A DNA stretch of 64,000 bases, taken from Amoeboaphelidium protococcarum X5 (Eukaryota; Fungi; Aphelidiomycota). The notes under the pieces were generated by a model, which saw only the letters and a list, made by a program, of their open reading frames with translations, did no database searches and was not told where the DNA came from. The stretch lies in NCBI GenBank assembly GCA_023515725.1, contig JALDTO010000155.1, positions 345,147 to 409,146 on the forward strand, written 5' to 3'. Both the position numbers and the translations under genes were made by a program. Below, one piece after another: positions 28,488-40,816 of this stretch; the first letter of the stretch is position 1, and each line of letters starts with the position of its first letter.

Positions 28488-30674
28488 TCACACACCACCA
28501 TTACTTCTCTCCGGAACATCATGCTTCACAGCGAGATCGTAAACTTCATCCAGCCTGGAGCCGAGATGAGTTTCGTGACGCACTTCATCCACTCGCTACA
28601 TGACATCCAGAAACTCATCGAAATCCACAAGTCCATTCTTGTTCACATCAATCTCCTTCATAATGTCATGTAGACTAGGGATGGACACGGCGGCACCGAT
28701 TCGTTGAAACAGCTTGATCAAGTCGCTGGTTGTAATAATTCCATCCTTGTCCTTGTCAGCGTCGGTAAATGCAACTCTGAACTTTTCCAACTCTTCCGGC
28801 TTGTAAATGTTCCTGGACGAGACAATCTTGAGTCCCATAGTCTCCAAGAACTGCTTAGCTTTCTTAATTTCCTGCTACTTGCGCTGATCAGACCAGCTCA
28901 GTTCTTCAGCCATGATATCAACCACTCTAGACAGGCAGTGCTTTGCAGCGGCGGCGTTCAAAAAGGCAAGTCTTGTGCGGCGAGCCAGGACATCCACCGC
29001 AGTTCTTGCATACTCTCTTCTGACAGCATATCTCACCTCAGCCTCGATGAACAAGTAAGGATAAGAGAGGCGCTTGCCATATAGCGGCCATCTCTGCTCA
29101 GTCTTGCTGGACATTGAAGCCACGGCGAACGCGCGATCTCCATAATTATGGATCAGATGCTGGGCAACTTCAGTCTCCATGCCAAAGTGCTGGATTAATC
29201 TAATGTAAGACAGCGGATTGTAATGATGCGATCCAATCAATAGTAAATCTTCAGTCTAGCAAGGGTGCTGAGGCTTCAACTTGTACATATCAATAGCCAT
29301 GTCGACAGCTTCTTCTGCCATCTTGCGATAAGTCGTCCACTTACCACCGGCCACAGTCAATAATCCAGATGGACTAGAAAGTATCAGATGCGAACGCACA
29401 AGACTTTGGGTATTCGTAGCATTTGGATTCTTAACCAAAGGTCTAATGCCTGTCCAAGCACTAAGTACATCACCTCTCCTGACCAGAATCGATGGATCCA
29501 AGTAATGAGACACTTCGGATAGAATAAACTCAATCTCCTCCTCTTTCGGCTTTGGATCATAAGTAATCTCAGTCGGAGCATCAGTTGTACCAGCCACAGT
29601 ATTTGACTCCCAAGGCAAGAAGAAGATAACTCTACCATCAGACGTGGCAGGATCAATAAGGCCCATATGTTCAGGACTGAAGTAATGTGGCAGGACGATA
29701 TGTGTTCCCGAGGATGCAGCGATGATCTTGGTACATTGAGGATCATCCATCTAGCGAATGGCATCAACATACGGTCCGGTAGCATTGACGACACCTTTAG
29801 CTCTGATCGCCCACTCCTTACCGGTAAATTCATCCTTAACCATGGCACCACTTACTTTACCGTCTGCGCTCTTGGTCAGCTTAGTTACTTCGACATGATT
29901 TGCCAGGTGAGCTCCGTGATACGCTGCAGTTAATGCCAGAGCAACATTCATTCGAGAATCATTCTATTAGCCGTCATAATAAACCACCGCACCAACCAGA
30001 CCATCAGACTTCAACATAGGAAACTCTTTCAAAGCCTTGGTCTTGGTCAGCAAATACGAGGATTCCAGTCCTCTGCTGCCAGCGACTAAATCATACGCCT
30101 TGGTACCAGCCCAATAATACGGCAGCAGATACCACTTGTAGATGGGACACATGATCGGGAGTTGAGAGGTGAGATACGGAGCAATCTTTAGAACAGTGAA
30201 TCTCTCACTAAGTGCCTCTTGTACCAGTTTATACTGTTCCCAGTCGAGATTCCATACGGCCTTCTCTAGATATCTCACACCGCCATGGACTAGCTTTGTA
30301 CTCTTACTAGACGTTCCCGATGCAAAATCATCTCGCTCCACCAGAGCAACCTTAAGTCCTCTACTAGCTGCATCCACAGCCACTCCACATCCAGTTGCGC
30401 CTCCACCGATAATCAGCAGATCGTACTCCACGTCTTTCGAGCGCATCTACTCAATCATATCTTCCCTGGAAGGTCCAGTCCACAGGGTGATATTATCATG
30501 AATATCCTTCTACAGATCATGAGTCTTCTTGTCAACACTAGATGGTCTACTATTTACATGAGACTCCAATCTTAATCGATGCTTATCAGCCTAGAGCTAA
30601 TGATAAATACCATACGATCCAACACCCAGAACACTGGCAGCGGTCAGTCTAAATAAAGTTTTGCTTTTAAACAT
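28488..30674 (-). CDS. GUT2: Mitochondrial FAD-dependent glycerol-3-phosphate dehydrogenase with C-terminal EF-hand pair, 728 aa
   Basis: IIGGGATG, SGTSSKSTKLVHGGVRYL, YYDG(TAA)(TAG)NDSRMN, GGKWTTYR; EF loops DKDKDGII and DVNKNGLVDFDEF. Confidence 0.95.
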
Positions 30675-31364
30675 CAACAATCACCAGATTCAATCGAAAA
30701 TACTGATATAATTTGAGTCAGATGATAGATGGATATTAAGAACTAATTAACACAGACACAGCGCTTTATACTATTAAATAACTAATTCTACTATAAATAA
30801 AGTGACTATATAGAACTGATATACTGTATATACTGTATGTCCACCGTTACGATCCCAAGAGGATAAAAATGATGACGATGAAGATGTGTTGCTTGGTGCG
30901 TGTGAATAAATAACGAGGAAAAAGAAATTTCACACGATTTGATGATGACAGAAGTTTTAAGAGAAATCTCCATTGACGACCTTCCATTGTACCTGATGAA
31001 CGATTTAATTTTGAAAACTTTTAATATATATTTTATTTAATACTCTCCACTTTGCATTGTCGATGAAATGGAGTAGTTGATCTGGCATATTAATTATAAA
31101 GTTTGGGCCGCCTTGATTTAAATCTTTATTAATTAATCTTTTCAATTCATATAAATTTGAGTTCAAATCAATAAAATTAATAGGACGTCGCGCTTAGATG
31201 AAATAGCTGATACGATCTATTCGTTCTTCAATGCAAGATCTTTGCCAGGTTCGTTCTACGTATATCGATATCAAAGTGATAATCTTACCTTTTTCTATAT
31301 AAAGTCGAATGAACATATGAGACATTTCATCCGGAAAAGACAAAAATGCATTTATTAAACGTAT

Positions 31365-31555
31365 TCATGGTTCCGGTTGAGAGGGCGAATACGGAGGAGG
31401 TTGAACGACAATTGTCGTGTGTTCAGGAGGGGGAGTGATTGAATACTTGGGCAGTGTAGCAGTTCGATAATCCGGATCATCTGCAGCAGACACTTGTGTT
31501 AGATCTATTTCATCAGAATCGAAAACCTGTCTCCCATATCTAGATGATGATGAGG

Positions 31556-31588
<33 letters not shown>

Positions 31589-31904
31589 GATTACCAGCAG
31601 TAGATTGAACCTGCGTCATTGATTATGACGTGTTTTCACCACCTCTACGCCTCCGTTGTCTTGATTCGCGGCGCATACACAACAATCGCTAAAAGTGCAG
31701 ATATCTAAATAATAATATAAGAAATATCACACCAAATATATACAGTATCCAATAAGGAAATTATATTCCCTCATCATCAGTATCATTATCGCGGTTTCTT
31801 TATACAGGTGAAGTGGTATTCTATGTAGGCACAGTGATATTTTGTACCGGCAAGGTGGTATTCTATTGAGGTACGATGAACGAGCTATTACCAAACGCAT
31901 TCAT
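31365..31904 (-). CDS. Single-pass membrane protein with PY motifs (LPKY, PPPY), 179 aa; probable Rsp5/Nedd4 adaptor
   Basis: N-terminal N-x-T sequons, hydrophobic YWILYIFGVIFLILLF, basic stop-transfer segment, PY motifs. Confidence 0.7.
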
Positions 31905-32351
31905 GTTATTCCAGATACACTTTTAGTCAAGGCTTAATCACAATACAAAATTTTAACCAAAATAGAGATGGATTATTTGATAATGTCACTGAAACTAAAA
32001 GACGTGCAGAATTTATACACACGCTCTTGCATCAACAAATGAAGAAACAATCCAGAGGGCACTCCTGTTTTTCCGTATTTTTGCCAAGTTTGCCACCGAT
32101 CAGTTCCATTCGAATCATTGTTCCTTACTCATTTAATGCATGAATATATATCTACAGATTTTGTTTTACTACAGTGCCAAGACCTTGCGTATTTGTGTGG
32201 ACATCATTGCCCTCAAAATTTGGATGATCATTAATAATTAGACGGGCCAGACTTGCCGTTTCATTCCGTCCTTAATCCCTTCATCAGCATTTCTTAATTT
32301 TGAAAAGACGTTTAAAATTTCGCTTCCGTTATTAAATTTTTACGTTACATT

Positions 32352-32642
32352 ATGGACAAGCATCCGCTTTTAGAGCCACTGTATGGCAAGAATGTGGAGC
32401 CATTAGAACTCAGAATAATCAGATAAAATGTCGTGAATACCCTCAACAGCCATGACAAGCTTGTAAAGGAGGCGATTGAGAATAATGAAGTAAGTTCTCT
32501 AACACCGTTAATGAACAACATTGAAAATTTTTATTAAATTGTACATGTTATAAATGTGTAGACTCTAAATTAAACCAAGATCAGATTAATGAAGTAAATG
32601 TGTGGTTTAAATTTCAAAGAAACGCGACCATAATCTAAATGA
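32352..32642 (+). CDS. Small hypothetical protein (72 aa if intron 32490-32561 is spliced)
   Basis: ATG, GTAAGT..TGTAG intron, TGA end; no family recognised. Confidence 0.45.
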
Positions 32643-32752
32643 GTTTGCTGAGTGGTGGAGTACGTACTCTGTGCAATAAATGTTCAAAAATAAACTCTTT
32701 AAGCAATAAGTATCATACATCAACTCAATTAATAAATAGGCTCAGAATTAAA

Positions 32753-33289
32753 TCATATGGAGGTGAGAGTCATCTGCTTCACAATGTCCGTATTCTCTAG
32801 CATTCCCTGGAACTCTTCAAAAGACACCTTCCCATCACCGTCTTTGTCTGCCTGGATAATGGTTTTATCTACAATCTGCTACAACTGGATATCTTTTAAA
32901 TTATTGCCCACCATCATCTTCAAGACCAGGAATAGTTCACCATTTGAGATGAATCCATCACGATCAATATCATACACTTTGAATGCAAAACGAAGCTTCT
33001 CCTCCTTCAGCTCTTTAGCAGTGAATGCACTCAGCCCCCTTAGAAACTCTTTGAAATCCACATCTCCACCTCCATCTTCATCAAATATATCAATGACTCT
33101 CTGCGCAATAGGATTAGAGTTTATGCCCGGAATAGATAGAAATTCATCCTTGTCTATAGTGCCGCTATTGTTCTTGTCCAACTTCATAAATCTCTTGTGC
33201 AATCTCATAATCTCATCCATAGTAAAGTTGCCATTTGCCGTAATCTGCTCATACGCTTTTCTATCATCGGCGCTCAACTCAGCCTCCAT
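32753..33289 (-). CDS. CNB1: Calcineurin regulatory subunit B, 178 aa
   Basis: [38 protein letters not shown](TAG=Q)QIVDKT; four EF hands. Confidence 0.97.
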
Positions 33290-33767
33290 CTTTATTTCTA
33301 ATACTGACAGAATTTGTATATTGTCTTTAAAGACGAAACCAATGAAGAATTAAAAGGTAGTGTGTGTGAGAGAACAACTAAAGAATGACCGATCTGATTG
33401 ATTCAAACAAACAAAGAGCAACAGTTCGGTTACAGTAAACTCTCTTTTCACTGAAAATCCTCTGTCATTTGTACTTCGCTCGGCGCTCTATCTCTCTCTC
33501 TCTTCGTTTTCTCCTCCAAAGAATTTTTCAATCAGATGAAAACGCGATCAGCAGTGCGATAAATTGCCTGCAATCGCTCATATTATGGGTAAAAATGATT
33601 ATACATAACTCAGCTCACATCGAGTGCGCGTCATATTAGGCGTCGCATCATGAGAAGATGTTTTACTATGATTTATCCATATACTGTTTTCTAAAATTCT
33701 AAACGAAAAGTGCATCTTTTAATTAAGCAATAAACGAAAATCTCTTTTTGTATTCTTTTCAAATGGA

Positions 33768-34680
33768 TCACGAGAACTTGGCCACCAATATCAGAATGAT
33801 AATAAAGATGAGCGCGGCGATAATGCCAAAAGTCATAACTCGATTAGCAGCAGCTCTACGCACACAAAAATTCGAATGGAATAAGAATAAATCAATGCAA
33901 ATAAGTCAAAACCAAAGGTACCTTCTGCCCATGCTCTTTAAAATTCGGACGTTTCTATCGATAAAGCCATTAGCTTCATCCAAATTCTAATTGGCACGCT
34001 CCAATTATTATCTTTGATTTCTCAACGTCTCCAAAGTCCCAATTCCTATTTACTCAGTCTCCAACGCAATTCTGTGGGAATCCTCCAACCTCTTGCTAGT
34101 TTTGTCCAATCGATTAGTATTAGACAATAGAGTGGCACGTTAATCCATGGACGCGATGTCTGGATCACGGAAGCCATCATCGTCATCACTTCTGCCTAAC
34201 AGCTCTGCCCGTTCAGAGTTTTTATTATTAATTCTCTTCTACAAAAATATACAATCTTGTTAAATTAGTGGCAAAATTATTCGTACAAATTCAGTTTTGA
34301 GCTTGTCATAGTCTGTCCTGTATCCTTTCATCTTTGGTTGCAGCTTTGATTTACTCACAGTTGGTAAACTCATTAGCTCCATCTCCATACTTTGCAGCTA
34401 CAAGTCCTCACAAATTAATGCTATTCTAATATAAAAATTAAGCCGTAAATATTTCTTACAATTTCGTCTGCTTCATCCAATTCTCTTTCAATAGCTCTAA
34501 CCAGAGTGCGTCTTGCTTCTACACTTAACACATCAATAAGATCCTCCATAAGTCAATAATCTATCAATAAAAATTACCACCATTAAGTACAGGGAGCTGT
34601 GTATTTAATTTTTTGCTAATCGACTAAGATATAGCATTGTAATCGGTTTCGTAATTATCAAATATTCCCGTCGTCGCCAT
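33768..34680 (-). CDS. VTI1: Qb-SNARE Vti1; introns 34519-34577, 34398-34459, 34239-34286
   Basis: FDNYETDY N-terminus, ELDEADEI/LQSMEME, RLEDSHRIALETE SNARE motif, C-terminal TM. Confidence 0.9.
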
Positions 34681-34930
34681 TGTATAAAGGCGCTCTCTTT
34701 GAAGCCAATGAGCAAGAGGAAACAATAGCGAAGAAGAAAGCCAATCGTTATTCTTTCGTTGCCGCATCGGCAGAAAGCGACGTCGTTTCAGTTTCATAAA
34801 GCCATTTGATTGCCAGGTCCAAAGTTAGCGGTTGCCAAGGTGATTGATTATGGCGCAACACTACTGGTTACACCTGCATACCGCCTTATCTTTTTTCCAT
34901 TTTGATCCCATTTCTACAGCACATCCGATC

Positions 34931-35712
34931 ATGTACGTCAATAGAATCGTACTATGCATCCTTGTTGCATTGTCAAGCACAGTGCTCGGTCAAGGGAAGT
35001 AGTTCCCAATGAAACGAGATGGTCAGGATGAAGTTCCACCAGAGTTTATGGAGAGCTTTAAAAATTCTAAACAAGCTGGACCTGGTCCCGGAAAGAAAGG
35101 CTTCGCTACAAACTTTGGAGGACCATGCTTCTTTACATGTCCACGTGGACATCGTCCTTTCGCAAGACCCGGTCATACTCCAGAAGTGAATGGATGCGGT
35201 AAGTATTTAGATCTTACATTCAATTTAAAATCGATCAAAACTTTTTATTATCATTTTCTGTAGGATTCCCTATCAATATCGATGGCTTGGATGTCAAGAG
35301 TAGCAAATTTGATTTTAGAGGGTGCTGTAACGAGTAGGATAGATGCTATGGTAAATGTAATGAGAAGAAGGAGAAATGTGATGAGGAGTTCCATGGCTGC
35401 CTCAAGATGTGGTGTGATTACACGTATGGCAACAGTAGAAACAAGCAAAAGTAAGAGCTGTTGGCTGAATGTAACAAGAAGGCAGAGTTGTACAATACCA
35501 TGACTAAGCTAATGCAGTGTGAGACGTATCAGAACGCGTAGAGTGCTGCCTGTGACTGTCCTTCAGAGAAGAAGGAGGAGAAGGTATAAAACACTAAAGT
35601 GGTTGAAGAACTAAACATGGACCAAGTCAATGATGATGACGAAGTTAACGACGATGAAGATGATGAAGATGAAGATGACGAAGAATATGATGATAACGAT
35701 TATGAATTTTGA
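34931..35712 (+). CDS. Group XII secretory phospholipase A2-like protein, catalytic His replaced by Gln; intron 35199-35263
   Basis: Signal peptide, CFFTCP, NGCG, CCNEQDRCY, CDEEFHGCL, ACDC, acidic tail ending DYEF. Confidence 0.8.
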
Positions 35713-35745
35713 TGATTGGATAGATATACCACTGTTAGTCAGATA

Positions 35746-36572
35746 TCACTTTTCTTCCTTTTGAAATAGCACCGTTGACACAACCTGTCCCTCCACTCCA
35801 CCAAACTTGAATGTTGGGTGCCTTATTTGACCCGTAACTTTCAGATGCTGACTAAATTTTCGTTCTAATTCTTCTCTTGTCCAATTGCAACTGGTAATTA
35901 TAAACAGTCCAGACTCCGTGAGCATACTAGATACATTTTAGGCATACTTATTCACAATTTCACCGGCTTCAATTTAATCTTTGCCCGGCATTAGACTGAT
36001 GGCATCAAACGTCCCCTTGTCTAACACCACATCGTATTTTGAAAGATCAGCACAAACATGCGGAGATAGAATGTCACAGACTCGATAGTTAATACTAGAC
36101 GCGTTCTAAGACTGTGCAATCTATCGAGCGAGCGATATACCATTTTCAGAGTAATCCACGCCAGTGATGTTATGATATCCAATCTGGTTCTACACGCGTG
36201 ATTAATATAATGAACAGCGGTATAAAACAAGTAAATTACCATTCGCAGCAATAAATGCCCATTTCCGCAGCCCAACTCTATAATATTCACGCCAGTGTCT
36301 TTGATATTCTCCTCTATCCAATCCACCACACGATCCTCTACGTCCTCACCGAACCTACAATAATATATGACGATCACAATATTGTAGATCGTTCATTTAT
36401 GGCGTACCATATTTCTCCGACATCAGCGATTTCTTCAAAATTAGATAGCTCTCGGTTGTATACTTGATCCCAACTACACGAAACTTGCTCATAACACTAA
36501 CGCTAAGCGCGATAAAGCATGCACTTACTAATTTTTGGTGCCTAATTCAGACGCGTTTAACTGATCTTACAT
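35746..36572 (-). CDS. EFM4: eEF1A lysine methyltransferase Efm4/See1 (METTL10), 3 introns
   Basis: SELGTKNYWD..Y.REL.NF..GEIWFGED, ELGCGNGHLL, LDKGTFDAISL, ITSCNWT, PTFKFGGVEG. Confidence 0.92.
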
Positions 36573-36698
36573 ACTTCCCAATAGAAAAATGTCTTTTCTA
36601 TGATGAAATGATATGATACGCGATGAAAAAGGCTTAAGTGTGAATCAGAATAATTTTATTATATCCTAATAAAAAAATATATATTATACTCGGGAATA

Positions 36699-38210
36699 TC
36701 ATCCTATAAGTGGTAATCCAAATTCATCATCAAAACGGTCCTCAAGATCCTCCGCATCTACTTCTGATAAACTTTCATTTCCATCCACATTGTGAGCCAA
36801 ATAGTCTTGTGGCATCAATTTATTGCGCCCAGATTCGGCAAACTCGTACTTGAGTAGACTTAATCGGAAATTATTGCCTTCATCGTCAATCCACTCAGAA
36901 ATAATCTTCAAGCATTCGGCTAGCGGGTGATAATGTTAATTGTCATGTTCAGAGAAATGTACATGCAGAGGGTGTGCCATGAAATTATAAGTGAGTGACA
37001 CCACCTGATCAAACGCCGCCTTTTAGTCATACAACTGCTTATCGAGATCAAAGAACGGCGCCATTGAATGAGCAAACTGACGCGTAACATCTATCGCACA
37101 TCTCGCAGCCAAAAGATGCAATGGATTATTATTATGATCTTTATTGAGCTCTGTGTGTGTTGGGTACAAAGACATAGGATCCACAAAGATATTGCTCCTC
37201 TCAGTCTGATGCTCAATTGAATTCTTTGAGAATTACAGGTACACTTTCCGCTTAAATGCCTGCCACCATGAATGCTATTTTCTAAATCCTTTAGAGACAC
37301 CTCCAGCCAAGAGACTGTTTATATTAAAAAGAGTATCAGCCTTGCCATAATTGTGCAATCCAGTAACCAGAGGGTAGCACAGATATTAATGAAAATTACC
37401 ACCACAACGTTCCAATGTATCTTCTCCAACAAAGACAAAGAAGGATTAGAAATACTACTTCATAATCTTTTAGTCCCGCAATCCTTATACGCCATGCTCG
37501 CGCATAATCATCTGCATATGGATAGCCAATTCCACAAAATTCGAATGTGCAAAGAAATCCTGCACCGTATGTAGAGCATTGCCAAAAAGCATGTAAGCTT
37601 GTACCAGCAAATCACGCTTAAGATCTCTACTTTCCGTCTACCTAGCATCTTGTAAGAGTTAAGTTGCATTATATAAATTAGATAGAATGACATCCGCTCC
37701 AGTTTTCCACAACTGATTGCTAGTTGCCAGATAGTTTATCGTATTAGTATCTGGATTGATTTACGCGTACTGGACATACTTCATCTTGTCAAATCGCGGT
37801 TTTCCACTCTTGTCGAGGTACACGGGATTATCAACGTGCTCCATAAATCTATAAGTGCCAAATTGCTCGAATGTTATCGGGGTGACATGTTCTCGCTCTA
37901 GTTATAACTGCGTGTTGACAAAGTGGTTCACAATGCGCATCAGCAGCTTCTTAAAATGCTTCTGCATAAATTTAGGTGGAATTTGCGATAGATCTCGGAA
38001 ATAGTTTCCTCTATATATCAGCTTCTACACAGTCTAGTCTTTAAATACGGCCACCTAAGAGCTCCCAAATCCTTCTGAATCAATGGAATAGTGTGTCTAT
38101 AAAGGTAGAGGATTGTTCTTATTCACAGTGCCATTGCCAGATAGAAACGCGTCAGTATGCTACAGTAATAGTACACTGCACGCCGCAATGACTTAAATCA
38201 CAATCATCAT
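36699..38210 (-). CDS. Heterokaryon incompatibility HET-C family protein with signal peptide, 503 aa
   Basis: IYRGNYFRDLSQ, FGTYRFMEHVDNP, GNALHTVQDFFAHSNFVELA, PTHTELNKDH match HET-C blocks; mostly missed by the ORF track. Confidence 0.85.
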
Positions 38211-38452
38211 CTTTGTACTATATAATGCTTTTTGTCGCAGGATTTTGATCTGTATTTTTGTCCACTGTCAATGATTAAAATGATATGGAGAGGTGTACAT
38301 ACGCGACTCCGCAGACGTGAATGAAGTGTTCAAAAATGGCCCCTGGCAACATGCGGCTGTGTCTTGCGAGAACATAAATTGAAGATTAGAGAAGTTGCTT
38401 TAAATATGAAAATGATTCAGCTAAAGTTTAAAAACTATATATCTAAGGTACT

Positions 38453-39298
38453 TCATTCTTGCACATTGGTAATTTAAGGTGTGGCACGTACACTGTTCTT
38501 CCTGGTTGATTAGTTATCCTGGACCGGAATAGTCGCAGTTTCAGCCACTTGTCGATTAGCTGGCGCGGCCATCAAGGAGTATCTACGGACTTTGACGCCA
38601 CTCTTCACCGCACGCCAAAAGATTTCAACCTGCACCCGCTCATAGTTGAGCCAGATGAGACTGCCATACCAGATCAGCATAGAAAAATTGTATGCATAAG
38701 CAAAACATCCAGAGAATCTAGCGAAGGACAGCAGCTCTGAACTGGTAATTTTTACAACTTCGATCCCATTCTTGTCAAACGCACTGATACACTCTCTTTT
38801 CCAAGTCTCAAACTGACGGAGAAATGGTTTCAGGCAGAAGAAATTGTACACTAGATTAGGCATAACCAACACGGATATTATCACAACACTTGAAAATGCA
38901 ATCTGATATATGGCAGAAGACTGGAATAGAGTTTCGTCTGGATTCTAATTATTTGAGTTAGTCGTCAGTCCTGGATAGAGACCAACAAACAGCATTATAC
39001 CGTAGCACAGGATCATGCTAAGCCACAGTCTTGTCATGTTTCTTGAAACGACGCGCTAATGGTTTACTATTGAATTGTGAAGCTTCGCAGTCAACGATTG
39101 CCAAATCTTGTCATCCAACGACTTGCATTTATCTTTAATTGACATTGGAAGAAACTGGACAGTCACCTGTTTATCTTGATCCACTGTAACAATTTTGATT
39201 GAATTAGGATACACTGAGCGCATGGTGTTCAGATAAATCTTGCGATTGATCTCTCGCTGTGTTAGATTCCTACCAGCAACTTGAATCGAGACTGACAT
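38453..39298 (-). CDS. Hypothetical membrane protein, 281 aa
   Basis: ORFs 39056..39298 and 38510..38884 join in frame; 2-3 hydrophobic segments; TGA 38453-38455. Confidence 0.65.
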
Positions 39299-39607
39299 AT
39301 TTTACTTACAGTATGTTGTTTTATCAGTAATATATCTTCAGTGGTCGTGTTATCTGTAAAGAAAGGCTGTATTATTAGACTAACACTCTACGTTAGAAAC
39401 AGATGTATTTTTAGCCTCGCACTCGATTGAACCCACATTGTTGAGTTTGGGGACAGCGTGAAACAAAATCCAACAACTAGATACAGCGAATAGTTTAAAA
39501 AAGGGACAAATTTTGAAATAGTTGTACTAGAAAAATATCTTCATTAATAATGGCATTCATACGTTTTCAATAGCAGCAAAACTTTGATGGTAGATCGTTG
39601 AGAAAAT

Positions 39608-40120
39608 TCATTCTTCTTGCTACTCTCGCGTCAAGTAACGTTAAAATGCCTCTTCAAGAGTTGTGCCATCGTCAAAGTCTTCGCCATCACTGGATTCATC
39701 AGAAAATGGACCAGGTTATACTTCACTTGCACGCCTGATAGCAGGTACATCATCATAAATTTGCGTTTCCGGCACGGTTATGCGCAAACCTGGATATAGG
39801 CCAACACCAGAAACGCGATACTATTGCTGCTGAGGTCTTTCTCTCAACTCATAAGGTTAACGCAAATTGCTCCATGGAAATAAACCGCGACCAGTGTTGG
39901 AATTTTGCAGTGCTCCATTAAGCGATCTGTACACTCCTTCATTATTACGTGGGCGAACATTACGCTCAGTTCTCGGCAAATTTTGTCCTTGATTCAACGG
40001 AGCAGGAGGACAGTCTCTGTTAGGGGACGTGTAAGGAGGAGTGCAAGGACTTTCGGACTTGGGCAGACAATAGGCGACGGACGCGAAAACCAGCGCGAAT
40101 ACGAAGACAGCTTTCATCAT
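39608..40120 (-). CDS. Small secreted protein, 170 aa
   Basis: MMKAVFVFALVFASVAYC signal peptide; reads through TAA 39857 to TGA 39608-39610. Confidence 0.7.
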
Positions 40121-40816
40121 GTAATCTTTGGGGGCTCTATTGACTAGTCTATTTGAGTAGGCGAATAAATTTTGAACGAAAATATAGAGAGAAGCCAATT
40201 CGGAGTTTTAACTAGCCTAAAAATTTAATCTCAGCTCGAGCTGCTAGCTGCGCCTCAAAACATTGCGTCAATAATGACTATAAAAATTTCCACGTGCGCC
40301 ACCCCTGATGACTTTTAATTGTTCTGCTTAAGTTATCTTGACTTCTGCTTGTACGAAGTATACCTCTTTTGGCTAAGCCAATACAAAGCAAAGTTTAATT
40401 ATTCTATAGAAAAGCGTATTTTTTAGCTTGCCCGTTTCCTCTTGATGACAACAAGACTGCAACGCGTTCATGTGCGCAAGGTGGTAAAATTTGAATTTTT
40501 ATTACACAATAGACATTGAAAATTGGTGATACTAGCATTTTTAATCAGTCATAACGTGCTATAAATGCGAAATTTTGAAATGTTTCGAAATCTTTTATAC
40601 CAACGTATGGTAATCCAATGGCAAAACATAGTTTCTAGTTATTGAACGTTACCATTCTAATTTTATCCCATACTACAATGCTTTATCGTAATTTTACGTT
40701 GTGGTAATCTCTAAGAATTCTGATAAGGTATTCGACAGATCAGCAAAACCATGTTCAAGAAAACGTCATAAACATTTCGGAACCTGTTTCATTCTTTAAA
40801 TCCGGGAACGTGTGAA

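Noticed and set aside
30942-30996. Possible C/D snoRNA (ATGATGA...CTGA)
   Set aside because: Only about 55 nt, no terminal stem or rRNA guide I could identify; TGATGA is common here
32757-33353. 198-aa plus-strand ORF
   Set aside because: Antisense mirror of CNB1 with no recognisable motifs
38330-38360. U6-like ATGGCCCCTG segment
   Set aside because: No upstream ACAGAGA box or other U6 sequence
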